A DNA stretch of 62,873 bases, counting the filler, from Hyphochytrium catenoides (Eukaryota > Protista > Hyphochytriomycota): assembly GCA_900088475.1 (NCBI GenBank). It is 11 parts of 11 records of this genome, joined end to end, with 100 filler letters (N's around TTAATTAATTAA, not from the genome) between each part and the next. Parts side by side here need not be neighbours in the genome. Positions count along the whole stretch, not along the records: positions 48,609 to 55,442 come from FLMG01003377.1; positions 55,543 to 57,121 come from FLMG01003025.1; positions 57,222 to 58,382 come from FLMG01001555.1; positions 58,483 to 61,115 come from FLMG01000963.1; positions 61,216 to 62,873 come from FLMG01001704.1; 6 more parts are not named here. One strand, written 5' to 3'. Numbering within the stretch: position 1 is the first letter of the stretch; each line of letters opens with the position of its first letter. A program made the position numbers and the translations under genes. Below are positions 52,561 to 62,873 of the stretch, piece by piece. The notes under the pieces are model-generated. The model searched no databases, was not told where the DNA came from, and worked only from the letters and a program-made list of their open reading frames with translations.

Positions 52561-54603
52561 ATGAGTCGAGTTCGAGCCTTCGTTGATGACTCTTGGGGGT
52601 CGTCTGCCTCTGGGAATGTACTTTTTGCAGAGGACAGCACCAGCTCAGTCAGCAATAAGTCCTATGGTCACTCTTCAACTGCGCGAGAGGTGGTCAAACA
52701 AGTTGCTGACCACTCGTCGTGGAATGTTGCCACAAGCAAAAAGCCTTTAAAGTGCTATGACGGTGATTCAATCTTTGAGTCAAAGTCTGCAACCTCTCAA
52801 ACCAAGTCAACAGAAATCAACTACACTCTGGTGCGCCTCAGTAAGAGCTCGAAGAGGATTTTGGCAATGAAGGCAAGCTGCGCAGAGGAGCAATGCATGG
52901 TCTGCCACCAGTACGAAGCAAACTGCAAAACTGTCACGTGCGGCCACGTTTTTCACGTTAACTGTGTGATGCGTTGGTTCCGCGCAAAGCAAAGCTGCCC
53001 TGTTTGTAGGGCTCCCGCTGAGGATCTTGACGCACTGTCTGAAGCTCAGAAGAAGCAGGGGGATAAAGAGGAAAAGCAGGAACTACCTCCAGAATCTGAT
53101 AGTCTCGGCGGTTCAACGGTCTCTGAGTTCTCCTCCGGTAGCCCTGAAAGCCAAGTGGATTTCTCGCTCTCTGTCGATCTGCTTGACATTCCTCTTGAGA
53201 TGAGAATCAGTCTAGTTCATGAGCCGACAGGAGCGACCAACAACAGCAAGGATGATGAAAACATGGTGGCTGAGGGGGAGGACGCCAAGAAGACAGATTT
53301 GCAACAAGAGGAGACCTCGCCCACCGAGAATGAGGAAGTTAACGCTCAAGAGAAAGTAACGCCTGCCTCTCCTCCAGATGCTTTCCTTCCATCTGAAGGC
53401 ATGTTTCTTCCAGTTCCGCTTGTCTATCAGCCTCAGTCTACCTTCCCAGACTATTGGAAGGTGTTGCATGAAGGAATGGGGAATCTCTCCATGCAGTGCC
53501 TGCACGGGAACCCTCTATCTCTCCCTCTCAAGAGAGAAAGAAGGAGAGGAATGGTCCCGATTGCGCCAAAGCCTGCAGAGGACGCAGAGGAGCATGCCGG
53601 AGATAAGAGAAAGCCAGAGAACTCTCTTAGCTCTCATCGGAGCAAGCTTGTCAGAACCTCAATGGTCTCCTGCAAGTGTATGGGAGGATGCAGAAATGGC
53701 CGGTGAGTACAGAACCTTTTCCGTCGTCCTTTTAGTTCCTTTTTAGTTCCTCGTCCTCTTCTTTGACGGCTATCTACTGGCACTCTTAAGTCTCTCTCGC
53801 AATGACTCCTCGGACGCGCCCATCGCCGTTCAAAAAGCTACCCATATCTTCATGATCAGCAAACATAAGAACATCTCTGCGGTCTTGTTCTGCGCTCTTT
53901 CCTTCCTTTCGTACTCTCTATCTCTCGTTTCTTCTGCAATTTGAAGGCCTATCATTCAAAACTATCGCGTGTATCGCTTGCCGTCTCTCACTCTCTCCTT
54001 GCTGTCTTCAGCTGTGTGTGCGTCAAAGAGGGCGGTCTATGCTCATCCTCGTGCTCCTGTGTGGACTGCAAGAATCCCTGGGAGATCCTGGTCTCTCTTG
54101 GGCTTGACACTCGTGGACTGCACGAAGATCCGTGTCTCATGCAGAACCTCTCCAAACTCAAGAACATCCCGGCTTTCTTACAGAGAGAAGTGACGTTTGA
54201 ATGCTGCGGAGGAGAGAAGAAGTCTCTCTCTGTGTATCAAGTTTATAGAGGATACACTTGTCCGGATTGTTCTCTCTCTTTCTCTTTCTCTTGGTGTCAA
54301 GCAAGACTCTGCGAAGAGAAGAAAATGNNNNNNNNNNNNNNNNNNNNNNNNNNNNNNNNNNNNNNNNNNNNNNNNNNTGACAAGTGTAACAAATGCTTCT
54401 TCGCGGGAGAGGAGGCAACGTCTCTCTCTTCTTCTGCCTCTTCTGCCTCTCTCTCTTCTTGCTCCTCTCTCTCTTCTACTTCATCTTCATCTTCCCCTCT
54501 TCTCCGCTGCCCTTGCCACGACGCTGGCAAACCAACTAGGCAGAGAGAAGAAGAAAGAAAAGAGGGAGAGGGAGAAGAGTCTGAGGGCTGCACTATCATG
54601 TGA
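52561..54603 (+). CDS. RING-H2 + tesmin/CXC-like + Cys-rich zinc-binding protein; exons 52561-53702 and 54012-54603 (N gap inside)
   Basis: CMVC..CGHVFHVNCVMRW..CPVCR; intron GTGAGT..TTCAG joins CKCMGGCRNGR|CVCVKEGGLCSSSCSCVDCKNP; then CC, CPDC, FSWC, CNKC, CPC; ends CTIM-TGA. Confidence 0.8.
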
Positions 54604-54677
54604 AGCTCTCTCTCTCTCATATAGAAATGGCTCCTCACTAGTATCCTTTTCTCTTTTCCCCCCTCGCTCTGTCTTTG

Positions 54678-54722
<45 letters not shown>

Positions 54723-55806
54723 TCTCTTTCTCTCTCTCTTTCTCTCTGGTGGAGCTTGCGTTGCAGGCATAAGTTATCTATTCTCTCTTCTCTATGATAA
54801 TACAGAGAAGCATTTCCTCAGATGCTATAAACTCTAATAGAAGTTTTCCCTTCTAATAAGAACCTTGTCCCCACCCAATAGTGTTCTCTCTCTCTCTTCT
54901 TTCTCCCCTCTCACAGGTTTCCCTTTCTCTCACTGCATACCTCTTCGCCCTCGCATTCTTGCTCTCTCTCTCTCTTTCTCTCTCATTTCCTTCCTCTCTC
55001 TTTCTCTCTCTCTCTCTCGTGTCACCTTCCTTTCTCTGTCTCTCTTCAGTGGCAACTTCGTCTTCTCTGTCTCTTCAGTTTCGTGATCGTCTCTCTCTTC
55101 ACTGCAAATAGTCCGACATTCTCTGTATTCTTTGTCATCTCGCGCGCCATTTATACTGTTCTTTGCCGACCCCTGTCTCTCTCAGTCTCTCTCTCTCTCT
55201 CTCTCCTCTCTTTATATTTCTCAGGCTCTCTCTATGTCTGTCTCTCCCGATCTCTTCATATTCTTTTTCTCTCTTTCTCTCTCTCTCTCGCGCGCTCAAT
55301 CGTCTCTCTCTATCCCTCCCTTCTCTCCTTTCTAGGTCTCCTTTCTTGCCCCTCATTAGTTACCTTTCCAATGAGAGAGAAGATAAGAAGAGGCATCAAG
55401 AAAAAAGCGAGGAAGGGAAAGAGAGAGATATAGGGATTTATANNNNNNNNNNNNNNNNNNNNNNNNNNNNNNNNNNNNNNNNNNNNTTAATTAATTAANN
55501 NNNNNNNNNNNNNNNNNNNNNNNNNNNNNNNNNNNNNNNNNNAGGAACAAATGGAAAAGGAAGGGGAAAGAGAGCAGACTCATTTAGAAAAGTAAAGCTT
55601 CTGACGTAGACGCTGCGGCCCAATCCATCGCCTGTCTTAGTTTTATTGGACAGATTAGAGAAAAGCAAGACTAACAAGTGCCTAACAGCCACCACAATTG
55701 ACACTGGAACATGTGAGGCGTAGGGGCAAGAGAAGGAACAGCACGACACTTTTGGATCCAGACATAAGGGCGAGAGAGAGAGAGAGAGAAGTTGGAGAAA
55801 GAGACT

Positions 55807-55866
55807 AAAAGAGAGACCAGAAAGAAACAGCGAGTGAAAAGAGAGACCAGAAAGAAACAGCGAGTG
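55807..55866. repeat. 30-bp tandem duplication
   Basis: aaaagagagaccagaaagaaacagcgagtg occurs twice in tandem. Confidence 0.8.
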
Positions 55867-56043
55867 AAGGAAGAGAGGAGAAAAGAACCAAGAGATTCTG
55901 TGCATAAATAGTATAATAAGTGTAGCAGCAGCTAGCTGCTCTGGATTAGCAGTGAAGCCCCCAGAAACAACGTTACAAAGAGGCTGATCACTCTGTCAAA
56001 GCACTTGGCGCAGTGCTTCTGCGCTGATGAGCGGAAAGATGGA

Positions 56044-56971
56044 TCAAGGAAGGTCCCCTGCGACCGAAACATAGAGCATTAGTGTGGGCAGGAGCAACTG
56101 CAAAAAGGCAATAAGAGAACGAAGGAGAGAAGGCGAGGCAAAGGAGACTTTGACCTGAGGACGATAGGGCGGAGTGCTAGCATGGAAGGTAAGAAAGAAG
56201 CGCATTCGACGGACGAAGCAGAAGAGACGAGGAGCATAATAATGCTAGCACGACGAGGATGCCCAAGGAGGGAGTCCCAGCACCCATTGGAGAGCCATAG
56301 AGGACGGAGAGAAAGGGGCAGAGAGAAAAAGAGGACACGAAAGAGATATGAGTACCAGGTGATTGCATTCCCGCTCTGATGAGTATTCGGTCCGTTGGAG
56401 CTCGAACAGCTGAGCGGACAGAGAGAAGAGAGACGGGATAATAAGTGATTGAGAGAAAGAAGAGGTAGAAAGAGAGGGAGAGAAGAGAGAGGGAGAGAAA
56501 GAGATCAAGAGAGAGAAAAAACGAGAGAAGAGAGAGCAAAAATGAGAGAGAGGACAAAAAGGAGAGAGATAAAAACACTTCAGCACTATCCGTGATGGCC
56601 CGATAGGAAGACTTGGTACGGCTCCGCTTACCTCTGGACAGGAGAAACTCAAGGTGTAAGGACATTTTCGCGCCACATCTTCACAAATTGATAAACATAG
56701 CTGGCAGGTCAAACGTGAACAAGGTCTGTCAACCTCTCAGCGGAGACAAAGGTTATACAGAGTACGTGCCACAATGATGGGAGGAATAAGAGCAATGTCG
56801 CGAAAGGACGAGGAGTTTACCGCAAAGACTTCTTACAAAGAAGAGAGCACGAGAGTGACAGAGCGATAACAAGGGAAAGAGAGGACCATGCCCGATAGCC
56901 TTGCCGTCTACCTTCGTGACGTCCGTGCCATTTGTTGCGCATTTAGGGAACTGGATGCCACAAGCCCAGTT
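56044..56971 (-). CDS. Cys-rich extracellular-domain protein (Mid1/FAM155-like) with hydrophobic C-terminus, 3' part; exons 56971-56912, 56700-56632, 56409-56356, 56154-56044
   Basis: Four phase-0 GT-AG exons give NWACGIQFPKCATNGTDVTKLCLSICEDVARKCPYTLSFSCPELFELQRTEYSSERECNHLVKVSFASPSLLRSLIAFLQLLLPTLMLYVSVAGDLP. Confidence 0.7.
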
Positions 56972-57468
56972 CTATACCAGGGATAGCAAGAAGAGACCTC
57001 ATGTCAGTGAATGCAGTTCCTCTTCCTATCTCTTGCTAGCTTCCAACCTGCGTCATATTTCCTTTCTCTCTCTAGCAGATTCTCTCGTTCCTACTCTCCT
57101 CCATTTGTGTTGGACATGAGTNNNNNNNNNNNNNNNNNNNNNNNNNNNNNNNNNNNNNNNNNNNNTTAATTAATTAANNNNNNNNNNNNNNNNNNNNNNN
57201 NNNNNNNNNNNNNNNNNNNNNGAGAGAGAGAGAGAGAGAGAGAGAGAAGAGAGAGAGAGTAAGCATAAAAAAGACGTTTAAAGAGGTGAGCTACCAATAG
57301 AGAGAAAGTGACTCCTGGAAGAGAGGAGGAGAACAGAGAAAGAGAGAGAACAAAGGGAAAGAGAGAGAAGCAAGGGAGGCCGAACAAGTAACAGAATCCT
57401 TTCTCGAAGAGAGAGACAGCGAGGAAGCGAGAGAATGGCAGCCTTGTCCACAGAGGAAAGATGCTCAC

Positions 57469-58086
57469 CGTTCTTGGCCTGGATCCGTGGCTTCTCGGGC
57501 TTCGCCTTCTTTGAGGCCGAAATCTCTTCCTCTTGAGCCGTTCTGTTCCTTTTGCCAGGGGTCGAGGTACTCTGCTTCTCTGCGGAGAAGAGATCAGACA
57601 GAGCGGGGGAAGACAAGGGAGTGTGCGAGGGAAAGAGAAAGACAGAGAAAGAAAGAGAAAGAGAAAGTTGGTCCGAGAGCATTACAGGGAGAAAGAGAGA
57701 GAGACAGCGAAAGAGAGAGAGAGAGGGACAGAGACACAGAGAGGGTAGGCAACTTGTTAAAAGGCACAGGAGCATATCCAGTCATTCTTCCTTTTGCCTC
57801 ACGTACTGCTGTCGTCTGCGTCCTCCACTTCCATGGAGTCGACATCTTTCTCTCTCTTGCTCTGCTTATCCTTAACATTCCCGTTAGACTTCTCTGACAC
57901 TGGAATCTCGGAGAGAGTGGAAGAGAGAGAGCGAGAGACTGTCTCTTCCTCTTGACTGGAAGGCGGAGGAGCAGAAGGAGGAGGTCCTGCCGCCTTGTTG
58001 AAGAAGGAGAGAATGGACTTCTGTCCTACGGAGGGAGGAGAAGGCTTTGCCTTTCCTCCCTTGCTCTTTGGCGTCTTTGTAGACAT
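57469..58086 (-). CDS. N-terminus of a PCNA-interacting (PIP-box) protein (MSH6/MSH3/LIG1-type); exons 58086-57807 and 57579-57469, truncated
   Basis: MSTKTPKSKGG..GQKSILSFFNK (QxxIxxFF), disordered charged region, NLS-like KRNR..KKAK; phases consistent. Confidence 0.7.
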
Positions 58087-58849
58087 CGTTCTCTTCCCTC
58101 TTTCTCTCTTCTGAAGTGTCCGCGGAGAGACTGCGGCGACCAAGGCTGTGCCTATACTTCCATTCAGGAGGCACAAGGGAGAGAGAGAGAGAGAGAGACT
58201 TCTATTGGGAGAGCCTGGAGATTCAGTTATAGCTGCTGCGGGACCGAACGAGGAGAGAGATTGACTTCCTATATCTTCATCAATGTCGATGCTGCTGCTC
58301 TCTCTCTTTCTCCTTTCGTATTAGCCTCTTCTACTTCCTCCAGACCACTTCTTTATCTCTTCCGTTTCCTGAAGATGCCTGCNNNNNNNNNNNNNNNNNN
58401 NNNNNNNNNNNNNNNNNNNNNNNNNNTTAATTAATTAANNNNNNNNNNNNNNNNNNNNNNNNNNNNNNNNNNNNNNNNNNNNGTTGACCTTCATCAACCT
58501 GACGATTAGTGAAGCCCAGGCTTGCGTGGTTTGAGCTGTTCAGGTAGTGCCATGCCTGGGACTGAATTGATTAACATAGTAGTCAGATGAGCTACACATT
58601 CGAGTATCTACTCCTCCAACAAGGCGCTACGGGAAGGGTTTGCTCACACATCTTTCCTGGCTTGAAAGCGTGCCACAGCCAGGTTCACTACATTTCCTAC
58701 CTCGATTTTTCGTCTTTTGCCAAGGAAGGTTGCCTCTTATTTGCAAGAGCACGGACACGAATGCAATAAAGAAATGAACACAGGCAGCAGCAGCTGGTAC
58801 TGGTGGGGGAGCATTTCTAGTGCGACAAGGATGCTGTAAGGTATCAGCG

Positions 58850-59260
58850 ACGAGCTCCGAGCTCGCCCAATGGAGGTGCTATTTTCAAACAACTCTTTAC
58901 TGGCGGGCGTGGAAGTGATCTGAGGCAGAAGTTTCTTGGTCATGCAATCGTTGCGTATGCCGATCTTTGGATCACCTTCATAGCTCACGCCTTCCTTCCA
59001 AGCCCACATGAAAATCGATGCGCAATACAAAGCGAGCAACGGCACCGCTGCCCACAAAGAGGCATGCACGCTTCCTCGTCTAGAGAAAATAGTAGGACGC
59101 TACGTTCGGTAAGGGAGCAGAACGAAGAAAGGATAATAATAATTGAGTTCAACCTCTCTAGAGCAAGGAGGTTCTTGAGTACAGACTGATGCAGGATCTC
59201 GTAGGTGCTAATGATGACAAAGTATAACAGTGCCGAGTGATGGCCATGACGGCAAGGAAC
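58850..59260 (-). pseudogene. Possible membrane-protein gene fragment with apparent frameshift
   Basis: ALLYFVIISTYEILHQSVLKNLLALER|RGSVHASLWAAVPLLALYCASIFMWAW splices in phase, but upstream KPMFLAVMAIT is in another frame. Confidence 0.25.
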
Positions 59261-59703
59261 ATGGGTTTACGCTGCAAGCCAAAGTAACACCCACCCATTA
59301 GTAGACCTTTACTTTGGAGACAACAACGCACCATTGACCGCTCATCGCCATCACCGGATTAGGATTTTGGCTGCAAGAGGCCAAAGCATTGCCCTCATCA
59401 GGCATTTTCCCTTTCTACTTAAGGTTGGCTCTGATGCCTTCAGTGGTGGTCGTACGACTACGTTTCTCACTCAGTGGGCCAGCCCTACATTGCTTGTCTA
59501 CTATCGAGCTTTGTAATGTCATTAGCTCAGAACCAACAAGAAGTTTATTACGTCATAGCTCGTTCCGTCCTCTGCACAAACAATTTTGTCAAAGATCTGA
59601 CTCACCAAGGCATCTCTGTTCACTAGAAGAGTAACTAGAGCTTCTGTTCATTGGATGATCAAGGGGATGTCGCTTTCCCGTTCCCTGTCCCTTGGAACTT
59701 TTC

Positions 59704-60672
59704 TCAGTCTTTGTTAGCTCGAACGATCAATTGCATGTCCTCTTTCATTTCAATCAGCAAGTCTTCCTTCAATTGACGCAAGAGTCTTCCGGAATCCTCG
59801 TCGTTAGGGTCTTCGTTGAACTTCATAGACAACGTCCTGATAACAAGTTCTCTCTTTCGTAGAAGATCTTCTTTCTTTTCAAGTTCAGCCTCCCTTTTCC
59901 TAATCTGCTCCATTCGCAAGTTTTCAAGTCTTATTGACTCTAGAAGTTCCTCTTCCTTAGGTCCGGTAATTTTTCTCCGGTGACTCCCGCCATTGAATAG
60001 CTCAGTGACGGCACTCTCCTCCAGTTGGGCCATTTTTGCCAGAAGCTGGCGTGTCTTTTGACGATTCAGAGCAATTGTCTTTGAAGCCACAAGGAAGCGA
60101 CGTCTTAGGTCCGATATCTCCTTGTCGAAGCCGTCATCCACTCCCATCCTTTCTGTTTCTCTATGCTTTTTCTTCTTCTGCCGTAGCCTATTCATCGGTC
60201 TTCTTCTTGTTGGCGCCTTAGCTGGAGACTCCGGCAAGGAGTGATTTTGCGTCACCCAGTTAGTGTCAATTGAGGGACTATCCGCCGGTTCTCGCGGTCT
60301 TTTTACTGATGATAAGGTAGCTAAGCTAGCATTGAAGAGGTTCCTCTCTTCTCCCCCCTCGGGTTCCATCATTGTCGGCGGGTTTGTCCTCATGAAAAAG
60401 ATGAACGACGAAGCGCTGTCAACGCCGCACGCATTCAAGGACCACGGTCCTCCTGCTCTAGATCCTCGACTCCTTACTGTCCGCGATGGTGCTTTATTAT
60501 TAGCAACGGCTGGAATGTTGAGACCAAGAAGGAAGGGACAGACGGATAGTTCTACAGTCGTAGAGGATGGTGACGCAGATTCTAGAAGAAGAAGAAGAAG
60601 AGAAGAAATCTGCATCTTCACCTGTTCCATTATATTTGTATGGTTCAAGGATGGCGGGAACTTCAAATCCAT
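59704..60672 (-). CDS. Hypothetical coiled-coil protein; start uncertain, possibly ~60393
   Basis: 322-codon ORF in non-repetitive DNA; basic NLS-like RQKKKKHR and helical E/K/R/L-rich C-terminal half. Confidence 0.5.
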   Translation of the reverse strand: MDLKFPPSLNHTNIMEQVKMQISSLLLLLLESASPSSTTVELSVCPFLLGLNIPAVANNKAPSRTVRSRGSRAGGPWSLNACGVDSASSFIFFMRTNPPTMMEPEGGEERNLFNASLATLSSVKRPREPADSPSIDTNWVTQNHSLPESPAKAPTRRRPMNRLRQKKKKHRETERMGVDDGFDKEISDLRRRFLVASKTIALNRQKTRQLLAKMAQLEESAVTELFNGGSHRRKITGPKEEELLESIRLENLRMEQIRKREAELEKKEDLLRKRELVIRTLSMKFNEDPNDEDSGRLLRQLKEDLLIEMKEDMQLIVRANKD

Positions 60673-62873
60673 AAGTAATACAAAGTAATAGGCTTGGAGT
60701 TCTTATTTGTAGACTTGTTATGGATGACTTGACTTGCCAGTACAAGTACCGAGTCCTGTTCAAGTAGACTACAGGCTACACAAGTATTTGGTACTTGCGG
60801 ACTTGGCTCTGTGAAGAGTATGCGGCAGTGCTTTTTGGTTCTTGGTTGGCATCATCGCGAAGCAGCGAGGAAGCGAGAGATTGAGCGCCCGTCGAGGCTT
60901 GTCACTGGTCAGAAGCCGCACCAAGGGAACAAGGGAAGCAGCTATCATAAGGCCAATATGAAGGCTTTATCTGCTCAGCACTGCTTATGGGGCGATATAG
61001 AGCAGCAACCGACAATGTGATCACAAGCGGTGTAAACCTTAGCCGCTAACTTAGTCCGTTCTTGGTGCCACAGCTGCGGACACCAATGGGAGAAGATGGC
61101 AAACAAGAGAGGCGTNNNNNNNNNNNNNNNNNNNNNNNNNNNNNNNNNNNNNNNNNNNNTTAATTAATTAANNNNNNNNNNNNNNNNNNNNNNNNNNNNN
61201 NNNNNNNNNNNNNNNAGGGTCCTCATCATGATCATGACGTGGCTTCGAGGACGACTCAAATCCCAAGGTTCTTATTAGGGGAACCTACTTCTTCTCTTCC
61301 CGGTGAGAGAGCTACCATCATCGGCAAAGAGAGCGGGGAGAAGGTATTGATCAGAGGAGGCAGAGATTCACACTGCGGTTTCTTGGTGTCATGATGGAGA
61401 CGGAGCGAGGAGGAGTAGTATCAACGACGTATCAGACTATCAATCTTGAGGTGGTACCGTAGATGTGCTAACGCTGTTGATGGACAATGTCTCACCCTTC
61501 CTTGCTAGTTATGTGCAACTCCTTCCAAGCATTCGTCATTGGTCCTTCTGTGGGCAAAGTGACCATAAACAACGGGCGGGAGGCAATGATGTTTCTTCGG
61601 GCATGCAGAGATAAACCTTGTGCGTGCGTTGTTAACATGTGTCCCTGAAGAGCTGGAAGGACGGTGGTGGTCGAGCAACATTACTGGCCACATTGTTTAC
61701 ATTTCCAAGGCGCACATCCATCCCATCGTCGACCGCGCAGCTGTGTCTTTCGTTTTCAAAGTAGATGATGAATGCGTCATGTCCATGCGTTCAGCAGCCA
61801 AGCGCACGTGGTCAGTCCCACATCCACAGTTCCCGCCCCTCAGACGGGCGACACACGACACAACGCTCATGGATCCTCCTCCCGCTGCGAGGAAGGATAA
61901 ACAGAAGGATAACCAGCGATCTCGCGCTTTTTTGGCCAGCCGTCGACACACGACCACTGTTCCCTTTTTCACACCTTTCGTTGTTCTTCCCCCTCTTCTT
62001 CTGTCTCTTTCCTCTTCTCTAGAATGCTGGGGGTGTGTTCTTCGTTCTTTCTCTGTGTTTTCTCCCACCACCCACCGCCACCACAGGCCCATCACTGCTC
62101 AGCAGCTCCATCATCCCCGCATGGTCTTGCTCTCCTTTCCTTGCTGCTGCTGCTGCCAAGTGGAGAAAAGATACGCCTCTCTCTGGCTGACAACAAGGCG
62201 TAGTGGAGGATAGAATTACTTTCTTACCTTCATCATCAACTGACTCATCCTTCTTCTTGTGCGTCAAACGTAGCACAGAAGAGCGAGAGAGAAAGAGAGT
62301 TCTGGCGTCGTCGTTTAGTTCGTCTCGGCCTAGAAGAAGAAGATAGAAGAAGGTGCTCGTTGCCGCCACGATACCCGGAGAAGGCAGACATCATACTTCC
62401 CTCCACCGAGTTGTATGAGAAGCAATTCACCTGTTCAATGTGTGAGGTTGGGGCAAAGCAGCAGCCTCGTCTTCAGAGTCGCTCTTCTCTTTTTCTAACC
62501 ACCAGGCCGAGTGATTGTTGATGGGCTGAACGAGTTTGTCCTTCGACTCGCTCGCTCGACGACTGGTCTCCTCCTCCTCCTGTTGCTTGTGCGCGCCTCC
62601 AATCTGCCAATGGACGTTGTTATGTTTGATACTCTACTAAGATGTTCCTTCTTCTTCTTCGCTAAGTTGCGAAGAAAGGACTGAAGAAGACTTGATCTTC
62701 TTCGTCTAACAAACAGTCAGCAGGTGCCAAGGGCAGAGCTTAAGACTCCGTTGATCTACAGAAGAGCTCTTTATTTCACCTTGCAGATCTTATGCCTCAA
62801 TCATTAGAGACTGCCGTTCGAGAGCAATAGAACAAGGATGATGACGGAGCTGCCACCACCACGTCCACAGGCC

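Noticed and set aside
24987-61171. Regularly recurring TTAATTAATTAA as a biological repeat, and gene clustering across it
   Set aside because: Artificial contig spacer within N runs; adjacency across it is not real
61216-62873. Short overlapping ORFs in the last scaffold
   Set aside because: Multiple stops in all frames and no identifiable family; possibly decayed coding DNA

Overview
Eukaryotic (non-bacterial) genomic DNA. It is a concatenation of 11 separate scaffolds joined by an artificial N..TTAATTAATTAA..N spacer, so neighbourhood across spacers means nothing. Genes are multi-exon with spliceosomal introns often packed with (GA)n/(CT)n microsatellites, and most ORFs in the six-frame track are SLSL/RERE artefacts. 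Genes spliced by hand: secreted M14 zinc carboxypeptidase, a CCDC53-motif/WH2-like protein, NF-YC, an AN1x2-C2H2x2 zinc-finger protein, a GPCR-PIP kinase fusion, a Cys/Met-metabolism PLP lyase, a Lys-rich protein fragment, a secreted beta/gamma-crystallin-like protein, CWF19L2, PRA1, a RING-H2 + CXC protein ending in CaaX, a Mid1/FAM155-like Cys-rich protein, a PIP-box protein N-terminus and a coiled-coil ORF. Mobile DNA: a rearranged Ty3/gypsy remnant and a ~420 bp MITE. The NF-YC sequence and the GPCR-PIPK suggest a stramenopile protist (inference, no search run). Most interesting: introns with complementary 5'-(GA)n and 3'-(CT)n blocks that could fold to bridge splice sites, the GPCR-PIPK with a Cys/His insert, the Mid1-like protein and the prenylatable RING-CXC protein. 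All family assignments come from motif recognition by eye.
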